A stretch of DNA of 64,000 bases from NCBI GenBank assembly GCA_049512935.1, contig JBEKWR010000010.1, positions 26,426 to 90,425 on the forward strand, in the 5' to 3' direction. The DNA is from Candidatus Bathyarchaeia archaeon. GTDB taxonomy: Archaea > Thermoproteota > Bathyarchaeia > Bathyarchaeales > Bathycorpusculaceae. The notes under the pieces were generated by a model. It was not told the DNA's origin and did not search any database. It saw only the letters and a list, made by a program, of their open reading frames with translations. Below, piece after piece: positions 56,801-64,000 of this stretch (positions within the stretch are counted from its first letter, which is position 1; each line of letters opens with the position of its first letter). Position numbers and translations under genes: made by a program.

Positions 56801-57721
56801 GCTGGTGTCAAAGAACAAAACGTCACTCTAGGATTGCCTCGACTTATCGAGATCGTGGACGCACGCAGAATTCCTTCAACCCCAATCATGACCATTTACC
56901 TGCAGGGTGAACATGCCCAAAGCAAAGAGGGGGCGGTTGAGATTGCACGCAACATAATTTTCACGTCCGTTGTAGACTTAGCTTCTGCAATCTACGAGGA
57001 TCCAGTTCGCGAAGAGATCGTTATTGAGCTTAACAAGTCGATGATGGATGACCGTGGTATTACGATGGATGCGCTGAAGGAGCGTTTGCAACTGCAGAAC
57101 GCAACTGTTACCGTGTCTGATTCTACGGTGGAGATTAAGCCAAAGAAGGCTGAGCAGTTGAAGCGTATGCTGGGTAAGATTCCTGACTTCCAAGTTAAAG
57201 GTGTACCCGACATCAAACGTGTGCTTGTCACGGAGGAAAGCGGAGAATGGGTCATACGCACTGACGGCTCCAACCTCTCCAAAGTCTTAGAAGTCGAAGG
57301 GGTGGATACGTCACGAACCACCACCAACAACATTCACGAAATAGCTAAAACCTTAGGCGTCGAAGCTTCAAGAAACGCGCTTGTCAACGAGGCTAAGGGC
57401 GTTCTGGAAGACCAAGGCTTGGACGTTGACGTGCGCCATGTTATGCTTGTGGCGGATATGATGACGACGACGGGTGATGTGCAGCAGATCGGCAGGCACG
57501 GCATCAGCGGGAAGAAAGCAAGTGTTCTCGCGCGCGCCGCATTCGAAATTACAGTGCCTAACATTGTTGAAGCCGCCGTGAAAGGTGAAAGTGACCCCTT
57601 AGCAGGAGTAACCGAAAACGTTATAGTAGGGCAGTCAATACCAATCGGCACTGGCTTAGTCGAGTTGTATATGTCAACGTTCGAAAAGCAAGCTAAACAA
57701 GGAGGAAAAACCGAAGCATGA
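53882..57721 (+). CDS. rpoA1: DNA-directed RNA polymerase subunit Rpo1 (A'+A'' in one ORF)
   Basis: CPGHFGH, NADFDGDEMN and SGYMQRR, followed in frame by the A'' motif AAQSIGEPGTQMTLRTFH; 1279 aa. Confidence 0.98.
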   Translation: MATQQEELIHKVVDEISFGLISPKDLRKQSVVEIQTPDTYDEDGAPITAGLMDGRLGTLEPRQRCKTCGNTAIRCPGHFGHIELAVPIVHIEFTKIIFDLLKSTCRSCGRILLTEDAAKKARQRIERFNELLGTIPDEVYKEIMTEIKAKQCPYCASAQFKITFEKPTKFIEQTEAGSEPLTPSMIRERLERISDEDLEVLGFNPKVARPEWMVLQVLPVPPVYVRPSITLESGIRSEDDLTHKLVDIIRINQRLKENMEAGAPTLIIQDLSELLQYHVTTYFNNEASGIPPARHRSGRALKTLSQRLKGKEGRFRSNLSGKRVDFSARTVISPDPNLDINEVGVPVDVAMRLSVPEKVTAWNIEEMKKFVINGPENYPGALYIIRPDGKRIRLEFVVDRTKIAEAVELGFVVERHLKNGDIAIFNRQPSLHRMSIMAHYVRVLPYKTFRLHLCVCPPYNADFDGDEMNLHVPQSEEARTEALLLMQVQDQILSPRFGGPIIGAIRDFITSAYFFTKKGNYINRDQVDRLLTATGYTDELPEPEITEPQPMWSGKQIFSLFLPKTLNYVLKANICQGCTKCEEEECKHDAYVVVRNGQLVSGIIDRRSIGSEQSESLLHRIIKDYGTQAGRQFLNNITHLLKLYISMRGFSYTYDQLVLSPRARNRMAKTMERIQKKIDEHIENFKNGTLPRLPGQTLEESFEIYVMHELAVARDESGKIADEDFTLENAGIVMTRTGARGSSLNIGQMAACVGQQSVRGKRILRGYAGRALPHFLPNDPLPRARGFVYNSYQTGLDAIEFFFHAMGGREGLVDTAVRTQQSGYMQRRLINALEHIRLEYDSTVRDSAGDIIQFRYGEDGVDPAKSDHGKAVNVTRLIDQIRIGQEKGEAASAEEIKKQLKKVETQLTPILMNQLKQNFAKGKLTNVSVEKATAVTADQYTRALMEPGEAVGIVAAQSIGEPGTQMTLRTFHYAGVKEQNVTLGLPRLIEIVDARRIPSTPIMTIYLQGEHAQSKEGAVEIARNIIFTSVVDLASAIYEDPVREEIVIELNKSMMDDRGITMDALKERLQLQNATVTVSDSTVEIKPKKAEQLKRMLGKIPDFQVKGVPDIKRVLVTEESGEWVIRTDGSNLSKVLEVEGVDTSRTTTNNIHEIAKTLGVEASRNALVNEAKGVLEDQGLDVDVRHVMLVADMMTTTGDVQQIGRHGISGKKASVLARAAFEITVPNIVEAAVKGESDPLAGVTENVIVGQSIPIGTGLVELYMSTFEKQAKQGGKTEA

Positions 57722-58032
57722 TAGATATAGATAAGGCGTTAGCGTCGGCGTGCAAGACTGGCAAAGTTTCTTATGGTGCCAACACTGCGTTGCAGAATGC
57801 TAAAACTGGGAAGGCTAAGATGATTGTTTTAGCTTCTAACTGTCCAAAAAACATAAAAGAACAGATAGAATACTATGGAGAAATCTCTAAAGTCCCAGTA
57901 ATTACCTACAAAGGTGGATCAATGGATCTCGCTGAAGTCTGCAAAAAACTCTTCATTATTTCAGCTTTAAGCATCCGCGAAACCGGGGACTCCGACATTC
58001 TCAAGATAACAGAAGAACAACCTGAAGAATAA
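57718..58032 (+). CDS. rpl30e: Ribosomal protein eL30
   Basis: KTGKVSYG, KAKMIVLASNCP, GGSMDLAEVC, GDSDIL. Confidence 0.95.
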   Translation: MIDIDKALASACKTGKVSYGANTALQNAKTGKAKMIVLASNCPKNIKEQIEYYGEISKVPVITYKGGSMDLAEVCKKLFIISALSIRETGDSDILKITEEQPEE

Positions 58033-58049
58033 AAAATGGAGGAAAAAAA

Positions 58050-58487
58050 CTGACAACTGGCATAAAAATCACGTGCGACGAAATGCGTTACATAGCCCTG
58101 TTTGAAAGCATAAGCGGCGCCAGCGTGAAAGACTGCATCATCGACGAAATAGAGCAACGAGCAATATTCATCGTTAACACGGGTCAAGTCGGCGTAGCCA
58201 TAGGGAAAGGCGGCAGAAACATCCACACACTCGAACGGATGACAGGCAAGAAACACGAAATAATCGAGTACAGCGAAGACCCAGTTCAATTCATGAAAAA
58301 CGCCCTGAAACCCGCAGCCGTAAGAGAAGTACGCGTTACTGAAAGAACTGACGGCAAAAAAATGGCAGTCATCACCGTTAACCCGAAAGACAAGGGCGTT
58401 GCAATAGGCAAGAACGGCAAGAATGCCGAGCGTCTGCGCTTTTTAGCAAAACGGTACTTTGACATACAGAACGTAAGCATCACCTAA
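58050..58487 (+). CDS. nusA: Archaeal NusA (two KH domains); probable CTG start
   Basis: xTTGIKITCDEMRYIALFE..., AIGKGGRNI, AIGKNGKN. GGAGG lies 7 nt before CTG 58050. Confidence 0.93.
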   Translation: MTTGIKITCDEMRYIALFESISGASVKDCIIDEIEQRAIFIVNTGQVGVAIGKGGRNIHTLERMTGKKHEIIEYSEDPVQFMKNALKPAAVREVRVTERTDGKKMAVITVNPKDKGVAIGKNGKNAERLRFLAKRYFDIQNVSIT

Positions 58488-58639
58488 GCGGTCCATTCTG
58501 GGCTGGCTTGGGGATGAATGTTGCTGAGTCATGGGTTAGCATCCCTCCGAGTGGTCGGTTGATGACATAACAAACCGCAAGTTTTGACTGTTTATCTTAC
58601 GAATTTTTCGGACACCCCTGCTAAACATGCTGGTTTGGT

Positions 58640-58682
58640 TTAGTCAAGAAATCTTGACTAACAGCAGTCAACATTCTTTGAC
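58640..58682. promoter_or_regulatory. Tandem GTCAA-N6-TTGAC operator-like palindromes
   Basis: TTAGTCAAGAAATCTTGACTAA (perfect 10-bp arms) and GTCAACATTCTTTGAC 24 bp downstream, directly before an AT-rich BRE/TATA-like element. Confidence 0.6.
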
Positions 58683-58732
58683 GAAAATTCTTTTATTCAA
58701 AGTGGGGCTGCATCTTTTTTGGTGGAAACGGC

Positions 58733-60829
58733 ATGAAAAAACGAATATCCGTTATCATCATGGCTTTAGCTATGTCGGCACTGTTGCTTTCCAGTACCGC
58801 CAATTTTGCTTCTTCACAATCAACATGCAGCGGGTCACAAGGCGCCGTAGCCGTAAAATTCTACTGCGTCCTCAACGGCCAAGCTTCACTTACAAGCACT
58901 TTTACTCTCACAAGCCCAGAAGCAGCCAGATTGTACCTTCCATCCAATGCGTCGGAAGGTTCTAACGCCATATGCCTATACGCATACAATGGAACCCTGA
59001 ACTCTCTGCAGTCATTCCAAGTCTACACTTCCTTCGTCGACGCCGTACCCCGATTAGTCATCGCTTTGGACACAAACGGCGACGGCTTAATAGACACCAT
59101 GCTTATGAGCGATTACCAGATGCCCAGCAACGGCTCATGGCAGCTTACTCAAGGGGGCGAGCGGTGGGGATGGACAGTGGCAAGCATCGATTTAGCCTCT
59201 TACGGCGCCAGCTGGAACACCACGGACTACTGGAAAACAATCTATGGAAACGCAGATGTCATAGGCGTCGGCGTCGCCCTCGAATATTGGGCTGTCAAAG
59301 ACTCAGGCGGACTCAACCAAGCATTATACGCGGACGAAGTTGTGCTGAACGGAGTCACCTATAACATCGCAGGAGCAGAACAACAATCCAACACGCCCAC
59401 ACCCGACAACTGGTCAATGTATCGGCATGACCCTCAACGCTCAGGGGTTTCCCAGTCGAATGGCACCGACGGCGGCAACCTGCTTTGGAAGTTCTTCACT
59501 GGACCGTCCTCAGCCGAAGGCTCATTGGCTCTGGCAAACCGCTTACGCGCATCCCCCGCAATCGTCAACGGCGTTATCTACATGGGAACGAACAACACGT
59601 CCTTCTATGCCTTGAACGCCACAACAGGCAAGCAGATTTGGGAAATCGGCTTAAGCGCCAACGTGGATTCATCTGCCGCCGTTGCAAACGGCGTAGTCTA
59701 CGTGGGAATCCTGTGGAACGGACGCAACGGCTACGTTGACGCTTTAAACGCCACGGACGGCTCAATAATTTGGCAGTATGTCACCAACAGCGGCATCGAA
59801 TCGTCTCCAGTAGTCGTCAACGGCATCGTCTACGTTGGTTCAGCCTACGGCTACGTCTACGCCTTGGACGCAACAAACGGCGCTTTGAAATGGGCTTATC
59901 TCACTGGTGGCCAAACATTTTCCTCTCCTGCAGTCGTCAACGGAGTGGTTTACATCGGTTCCCTCGATGGCAAAGTTTACGCATTAAACGCTGACAGCGG
60001 CAGCCTAATTTGGAGTTCCCAGGTGGGCGATTCAATCTACGCTTCGCCTGTAGTCGCCGACAACGTCGTATACATCAACACTGACGGCGGACAAGTCTTG
60101 GCTCTCACGGCAAGCGACGGCTTAAAAATCTGGCAGGCTTCAATAGGCATGGGCGACCACGCAGACGACTCGCCAGCAGTAGCAAACGGAATCGTTTACG
60201 CAGGCGACCGCAATGGCTACTACGCCTTCAATGCAACCAATGGGAACCAAATATGGTTCTTCACGTCACCGTACACCCCCCGCCAGACAACAGGATACGT
60301 TTATTCGTCCCCTGCTATTGTAGGAAACGTAGTCTACTTTGGGTCCTGTGACAGCTACCTCTTCGCCCTGAACGCCTACACAGGCACCATGATTTGGTCA
60401 TACCTGACAGGGGGCTTCCTGTTTTCGTCGCCAGCAATCGCCGACGGCAACGTCTACATAGGTTCCTACGACGGATACATCTACGCATTCAGCGCCGTCT
60501 CAGCGCCAGCACTTCCACCCGCAAACCAACCCACACCGACTCCCACTCCCACTGCAACACCAGCCCCTACGCCTAAGCCGACAGCCACTCCAGCTCCGAA
60601 TCCAACTCCTACACCCGCCCCAACTGCGGAACCAAACATAAACCAACAGGCAATCTACGTAGCCACTCCGCAGCCCACCCACCCTTCAGCACCCCTATCG
60701 ACAACTGAACCCTATGTCACTGCGTCGAACGGGGAAGTCTTCAACTGGATAATGCTTGGAGGCATCCTCACGACCCTACTGGCTTTCTTTGCTATATTGA
60801 TGCTGACGCTCCGAAGAAAACCAACCTAG
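58733..60829 (+). CDS. Secreted PQQ-like beta-propeller protein with extra N-terminal domain and C-terminal TM
   Basis: Signal peptide, WSMYRHDPQRSG, eight SSPAV.NG.VY.G repeats, PT linker and TM. Confidence 0.85.
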   Translation: MKKRISVIIMALAMSALLLSSTANFASSQSTCSGSQGAVAVKFYCVLNGQASLTSTFTLTSPEAARLYLPSNASEGSNAICLYAYNGTLNSLQSFQVYTSFVDAVPRLVIALDTNGDGLIDTMLMSDYQMPSNGSWQLTQGGERWGWTVASIDLASYGASWNTTDYWKTIYGNADVIGVGVALEYWAVKDSGGLNQALYADEVVLNGVTYNIAGAEQQSNTPTPDNWSMYRHDPQRSGVSQSNGTDGGNLLWKFFTGPSSAEGSLALANRLRASPAIVNGVIYMGTNNTSFYALNATTGKQIWEIGLSANVDSSAAVANGVVYVGILWNGRNGYVDALNATDGSIIWQYVTNSGIESSPVVVNGIVYVGSAYGYVYALDATNGALKWAYLTGGQTFSSPAVVNGVVYIGSLDGKVYALNADSGSLIWSSQVGDSIYASPVVADNVVYINTDGGQVLALTASDGLKIWQASIGMGDHADDSPAVANGIVYAGDRNGYYAFNATNGNQIWFFTSPYTPRQTTGYVYSSPAIVGNVVYFGSCDSYLFALNAYTGTMIWSYLTGGFLFSSPAIADGNVYIGSYDGYIYAFSAVSAPALPPANQPTPTPTPTATPAPTPKPTATPAPNPTPTPAPTAEPNINQQAIYVATPQPTHPSAPLSTTEPYVTASNGEVFNWIMLGGILTTLLAFFAILMLTLRRKPT

Positions 60830-61082
60830 TACAAAGCGCTCGGTCCGCTTCCCAAAAAAGTGCCGAATGGAGGTGACCCAATCGAAAAAGAAGTTGCTTG
60901 CAGCCGCTAACCCGCTATTTAAAAAACGGGGCTTATTTCCCATTTTTTCCTGTCTGGAAGCAGAAAAGACTGGATTCAAACGTTTAAGTATTGCAGGCGT
61001 GTGCCTTTGCGCTGCGGGGCATGTTTTTTAGTGTAGCTTTTATACCTTGAACATGTGTATGTATGGGTAAGGTGGGGTTTAC

Positions 61083-62369
61083 ATGGCGGAATCTCGTGAA
61101 GACGAAATCTACTCTATCATGTTCAGCTCGCTGAAGCATCCTGTAAGACGCAAGATTCTGCGGATGCTTGGGATTAAACCTTTAACTTTTATGGAGATGG
61201 TTGAGCAACTTGGGGTTTCGTCATCCCATTTGACCTATCACCTTGAAAGCCTCGGGGAACTCGTATCGAAAATGGACAATGGCCAATACAAGTTGTCTAC
61301 TTTCGGCTTGGCCACTGTAGACGCAATGAAGGGTGTTGAAGAAGTTCATGAGGCTGAGCCCAAAAAGCGTCTAAGTTTCAGATGGAAGACGGTTACTGCA
61401 GGGTTGCTGGTTGCAGTTTTAATTTTGGCTGCACTTGGGGGTTACCAGTTTAGCACTATGAATCACCTTTCAGCCTCCCAGAAGACGCTCGCTGCCGAAA
61501 ATATGCAGTTAATGTCTTGGGGCGTGGACGGCAGTAAAGTGAGTGATTTTCTGCAGAACGTGACTCAGATTGCCTCCAATAATTACACAATTTCTTTGCT
61601 CAGCGACACAATGACGTACCGTACGGATTTCGGCGGCGTTCCTGAAGAAAATTTGCAATACTCTTTCGCTAGCACTAATAGCAACTTAAACGTACAATTT
61701 CGGTTCAGGGATAACCATTTCTCACGGTACGAGCTTGACATGATCGAAAGCGCACCTATTTTCACGCTTGTTCAACCCGATACTGTTTTACAAAACGCCA
61801 AGGAGATCCTTGCGAGATATCAAGCCTACTCGGGAGATTCTTACTTAACTAACATGACCAGCCTCTTAGCCACGGTTACCACCCTAAATAATACAGAGGT
61901 AACACAGGGCAACATGAAGCTGCAGATTACTATCTCAGGCGGCACTGAAACGTTTTTGTGGATGTACAGCGTAGACGGCATTGATTACCAAGCTAAAGGC
62001 TTAGAAATGGACTTCCAAGGGAACGTGTTAACCACTATGACAGACGGGTACTTCCTATTCACTGTAGGGAGCACTGACTTAGCCGTTTCCCAACAACAGG
62101 CGGTGACTATTGCCGAAAACTACGTTAAAACATTAACTTGGACCATTGAAGGCCAACAAGTTTCCCACTTCACCGCGGTTGAACCCCCCCTGTCAGTTCA
62201 ACTTGTTCCTCACCCTCGCGGCAATTCGGTGGCGCTGATACCTTACTGGTACATCGAAATGAGTCTCACTGTGACTTACCAAGGGGGCATAAATGAAGTG
62301 ACAGTTGGAATCTACGCCGACACGGGACAGGTTTCAGACGTTCAAATGTTAAGTGCAAGCACCACATAG
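61083..62369 (+). CDS. Membrane-anchored ArsR-type winged-helix regulator with large extracytoplasmic domain
   Basis: SLKHPVRRKILRML...LGVSSSHLTYHLESL, one TM, then a ~300-aa N/T-rich domain. Confidence 0.8.
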   Translation: MAESREDEIYSIMFSSLKHPVRRKILRMLGIKPLTFMEMVEQLGVSSSHLTYHLESLGELVSKMDNGQYKLSTFGLATVDAMKGVEEVHEAEPKKRLSFRWKTVTAGLLVAVLILAALGGYQFSTMNHLSASQKTLAAENMQLMSWGVDGSKVSDFLQNVTQIASNNYTISLLSDTMTYRTDFGGVPEENLQYSFASTNSNLNVQFRFRDNHFSRYELDMIESAPIFTLVQPDTVLQNAKEILARYQAYSGDSYLTNMTSLLATVTTLNNTEVTQGNMKLQITISGGTETFLWMYSVDGIDYQAKGLEMDFQGNVLTTMTDGYFLFTVGSTDLAVSQQQAVTIAENYVKTLTWTIEGQQVSHFTAVEPPLSVQLVPHPRGNSVALIPYWYIEMSLTVTYQGGINEVTVGIYADTGQVSDVQMLSASTT

Positions 62370-62491
62370 CCTTCTCAGCACTAAATGTTTCAATAACGGT
62401 TACAGACAGAGCAAAAGTCAATTCTTCTAGAGCTCTTTACCGACAAAAAACATGGTCAAGAAACAACCAACAGTTCCCCTAATAAAAAAAA

Positions 62492-62776
62492 TTACACGGT
62501 GAAATGGCTGTTTTTGCTTTCGTATTCCTCAACCATTCGTTTGACTTTCTTTTCGAGGCGCCGCTCGTACACGTGTTCCGGTATAGGAGGCGGCAAGGTT
62601 TTCTTGTTATGCAGCTCAGTAGGCGTCACTATGCGTCTTTCGCCTGCCTTAACCTTGACTTTTTCTCCATCAACGAAATCATCAAAATCTTCCGCGGCTT
62701 CAACAATCCAGTAGCCTTCACTTTTCGTCACAGCCTTAACCTTGTATAACCCCTTGTAGTACGAAAAATCACTCAT
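62492..62776 (-). CDS. Small hypothetical protein
   Basis: Clean ORF MSDFSYYKGLYKVKAV...EHVYERRLEKKVKRMVEEYE with a TATA-like AT tract upstream. Confidence 0.6.
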   Translation of the reverse strand: MSDFSYYKGLYKVKAVTKSEGYWIVEAAEDFDDFVDGEKVKVKAGERRIVTPTELHNKKTLPPPIPEHVYERRLEKKVKRMVEEYESKNSHFTV

Positions 62777-62973
62777 GAAAACCACATGTAAATAATGCAC
62801 CCGCAAATAAATAAACGCTTACCCTTGAATACGGCTTTAATTGCTTGTGCGGTTGCCTGTTTGGCTCTTCTATATGCGCATATTTGGATCTTCTAGAAAA
62901 CCGTGGGGGAGCTGGGTACGAAAAAAGAAAATAGGCAAGAAGAAGCCTAAGGCAAGCGGTCTACGCGATTGTT

Positions 62974-63080
62974 GTTGTTGATGTTGTTGTTGATGATACG
63001 ATGTTTTTCCACACGCGCCGAAAGAACCTAGCCCTGCTTCAAGGTTGATGAAGATGAAGATGATGACACAATGTTTTTCC
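62974..63080. repeat. Two 37-bp (GWW)n-ATGTTTTTCC direct repeats, 70-bp period
   Basis: GTTGTTGATGTTGTTGTTGATGATACGATGTTTTTCC and GTTGATGAAGATGAAGATGATGACACAATGTTTTTCC are 29/37 identical. Confidence 0.7.
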
Positions 63081-63176
63081 TTCTTCCTGAAAATCACAGG
63101 TCTGACGGTACATCATGCGCTCAGACATCACATTGTCCTCTCGACAACTTGGCAAAAACCGATTAAACCGAAAACA

Positions 63177-64000
63177 CTAAGCCAAACTCACACTTTTGCC
63201 TTTCTCAACAAGTTCCACTTGGCTACCGACGTCGCCCATAAATTTCTTGAACAACTCAGCTTTCTCCGTGTGAATTGGGAAAACCTGTTTGGCACCCATC
63301 TTTCTCAAAGCAGCCTTAAGCTGAAGCGGCATCATGTGCCCCGAAACATGAACTTGGTACTGAGCCAACCCGTAGTGGCTAAGCCAATTAAGCATACGTT
63401 CAAAATCAATCTCCATCTCCTCATTGAACGGCTCCGACGCTGACAAGACGTAGCAGCTTCCCGCGGCGGGCTGAATGTTTATAAGCTCCTCAAAATCGTA
63501 AAAGCTGACTGCCAAAATCACCTTGCACTGCTGCTTCGAAACCTCGAACACGTCCAGAATCTTGTTTTTTCCGTCCAAGCGCTCCATCAACTTTGTCTCC
63601 CACTTGTCATACCGCTTCTTCGACTTTCGAAAAACAATTATCCCCTCGTCGTCAAGCGATGGAACCTTCAAATGCACGTCGCTGCGAAGAGCATCCAACA
63701 GGTAGGCTTGTCTTAATGAAACGGCGAGGCAACGCTGATGCTTCTTGGCGATTTTGTGAAAAGTGTTAAGGCGGTCAATGTCCGAATAGCCGAACTCCGC
63801 CAACAGGATACCGTCAACCTGCGAAGAAATCTTGTCCAGCTTCGATTCAACTTCCGCTTCGTTTGAAACTGTTGCGCCCGTCATGTTAGTGGCTTCAGTC
63901 ACAACAGCAACTGGCTCTGCCTCATGCGCCTTCTCCACAAACTCATGAGTCATCTCAGGTCTGCCGCCGTGGTCTCGAAAATCACCCGTGTAAACTATTG
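63177..64000 (-). CDS. Metallo-beta-lactamase/beta-CASP ribonuclease (RNase J-like), 3' part only
   Basis: IVYTGDFRDHG (upstream of the ORF-track start), TEATN, HVSGH, FPIHTE; the frame is open to the right edge. Confidence 0.85.
   Translation of the reverse strand, partial: IVYTGDFRDHGGRPEMTHEFVEKAHEAEPVAVVTEATNMTGATVSNEAEVESKLDKISSQVDGILLAEFGYSDIDRLNTFHKIAKKHQRCLAVSLRQAYLLDALRSDVHLKVPSLDDEGIIVFRKSKKRYDKWETKLMERLDGKNKILDVFEVSKQQCKVILAVSFYDFEELINIQPAAGSCYVLSASEPFNEEMEIDFERMLNWLSHYGLAQYQVHVSGHMMPLQLKAALRKMGAKQVFPIHTEKAELFKKFMGDVGSQVELVEKGKSVSLA

Noticed and set aside
58500-58620. C/D-box sRNA downstream of nusA (TGATGA at 58560, GGGATG/CATCCC stem)
   Set aside because: No correctly placed CTGA D box follows the C box, and the pairing is weak.
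62891-62910. ORB-like element (TTCTAGAAAACCGTGGGGG)
   Set aside because: Weak single match to the ORB consensus and no orc1/cdc6 gene in the window.
62974-63080. Mini-CRISPR array (37-bp repeat, 33-bp spacer)
   Set aside because: Only two low-complexity copies with 8 mismatches, no leader and no cas genes.
62870-63097. 75-aa poly-Gln ORF
   Set aside because: Its composition derives from the (GWW)n repeat and it has no protein-family signal.

Overview
Archaeal chromosomal window, most likely TACK/Bathyarchaeia-like. This is an inference from the unsplit Rpo1 and Rpo2, archaeal CCA-adding enzyme and EndA, an intron-containing tRNA, TrmB regulators and many secreted proteins rich in N-X-S/T sequons. 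Housekeeping genes include hisS, endA, mtnA, cca, thpR, class II HMG-CoA reductase, a PfkA-family kinase, cysteine synthase, pepF and rpoB-rpoA-rpl30e-nusA. There is a tRNA-Leu(CAA) with two BHB introns that leave a 9-nt anticodon exon, plus TA modules and an orphan DNA methylase. The most interesting region is a ~12 kb cobalamin-dependent methyltransferase island (38080-49830). It has all four core parts: a divergent URO-D-fold MT1, a corrinoid protein, an ASKHA reductive activator and an MtrH-like MT2. It also carries unusual accessories: a siderophore-interacting-type flavoprotein fusion, an SCP2 lipid-binding protein, a PanE-like reductase and small ORFs. Two TrmB regulators lie in the island, and a motif TTTGT(A/G/T)ACTNACT recurs at four of its promoters. 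No CRISPR array, rRNA or transposase was seen. All calls come from motif reading by eye, with no database searches.
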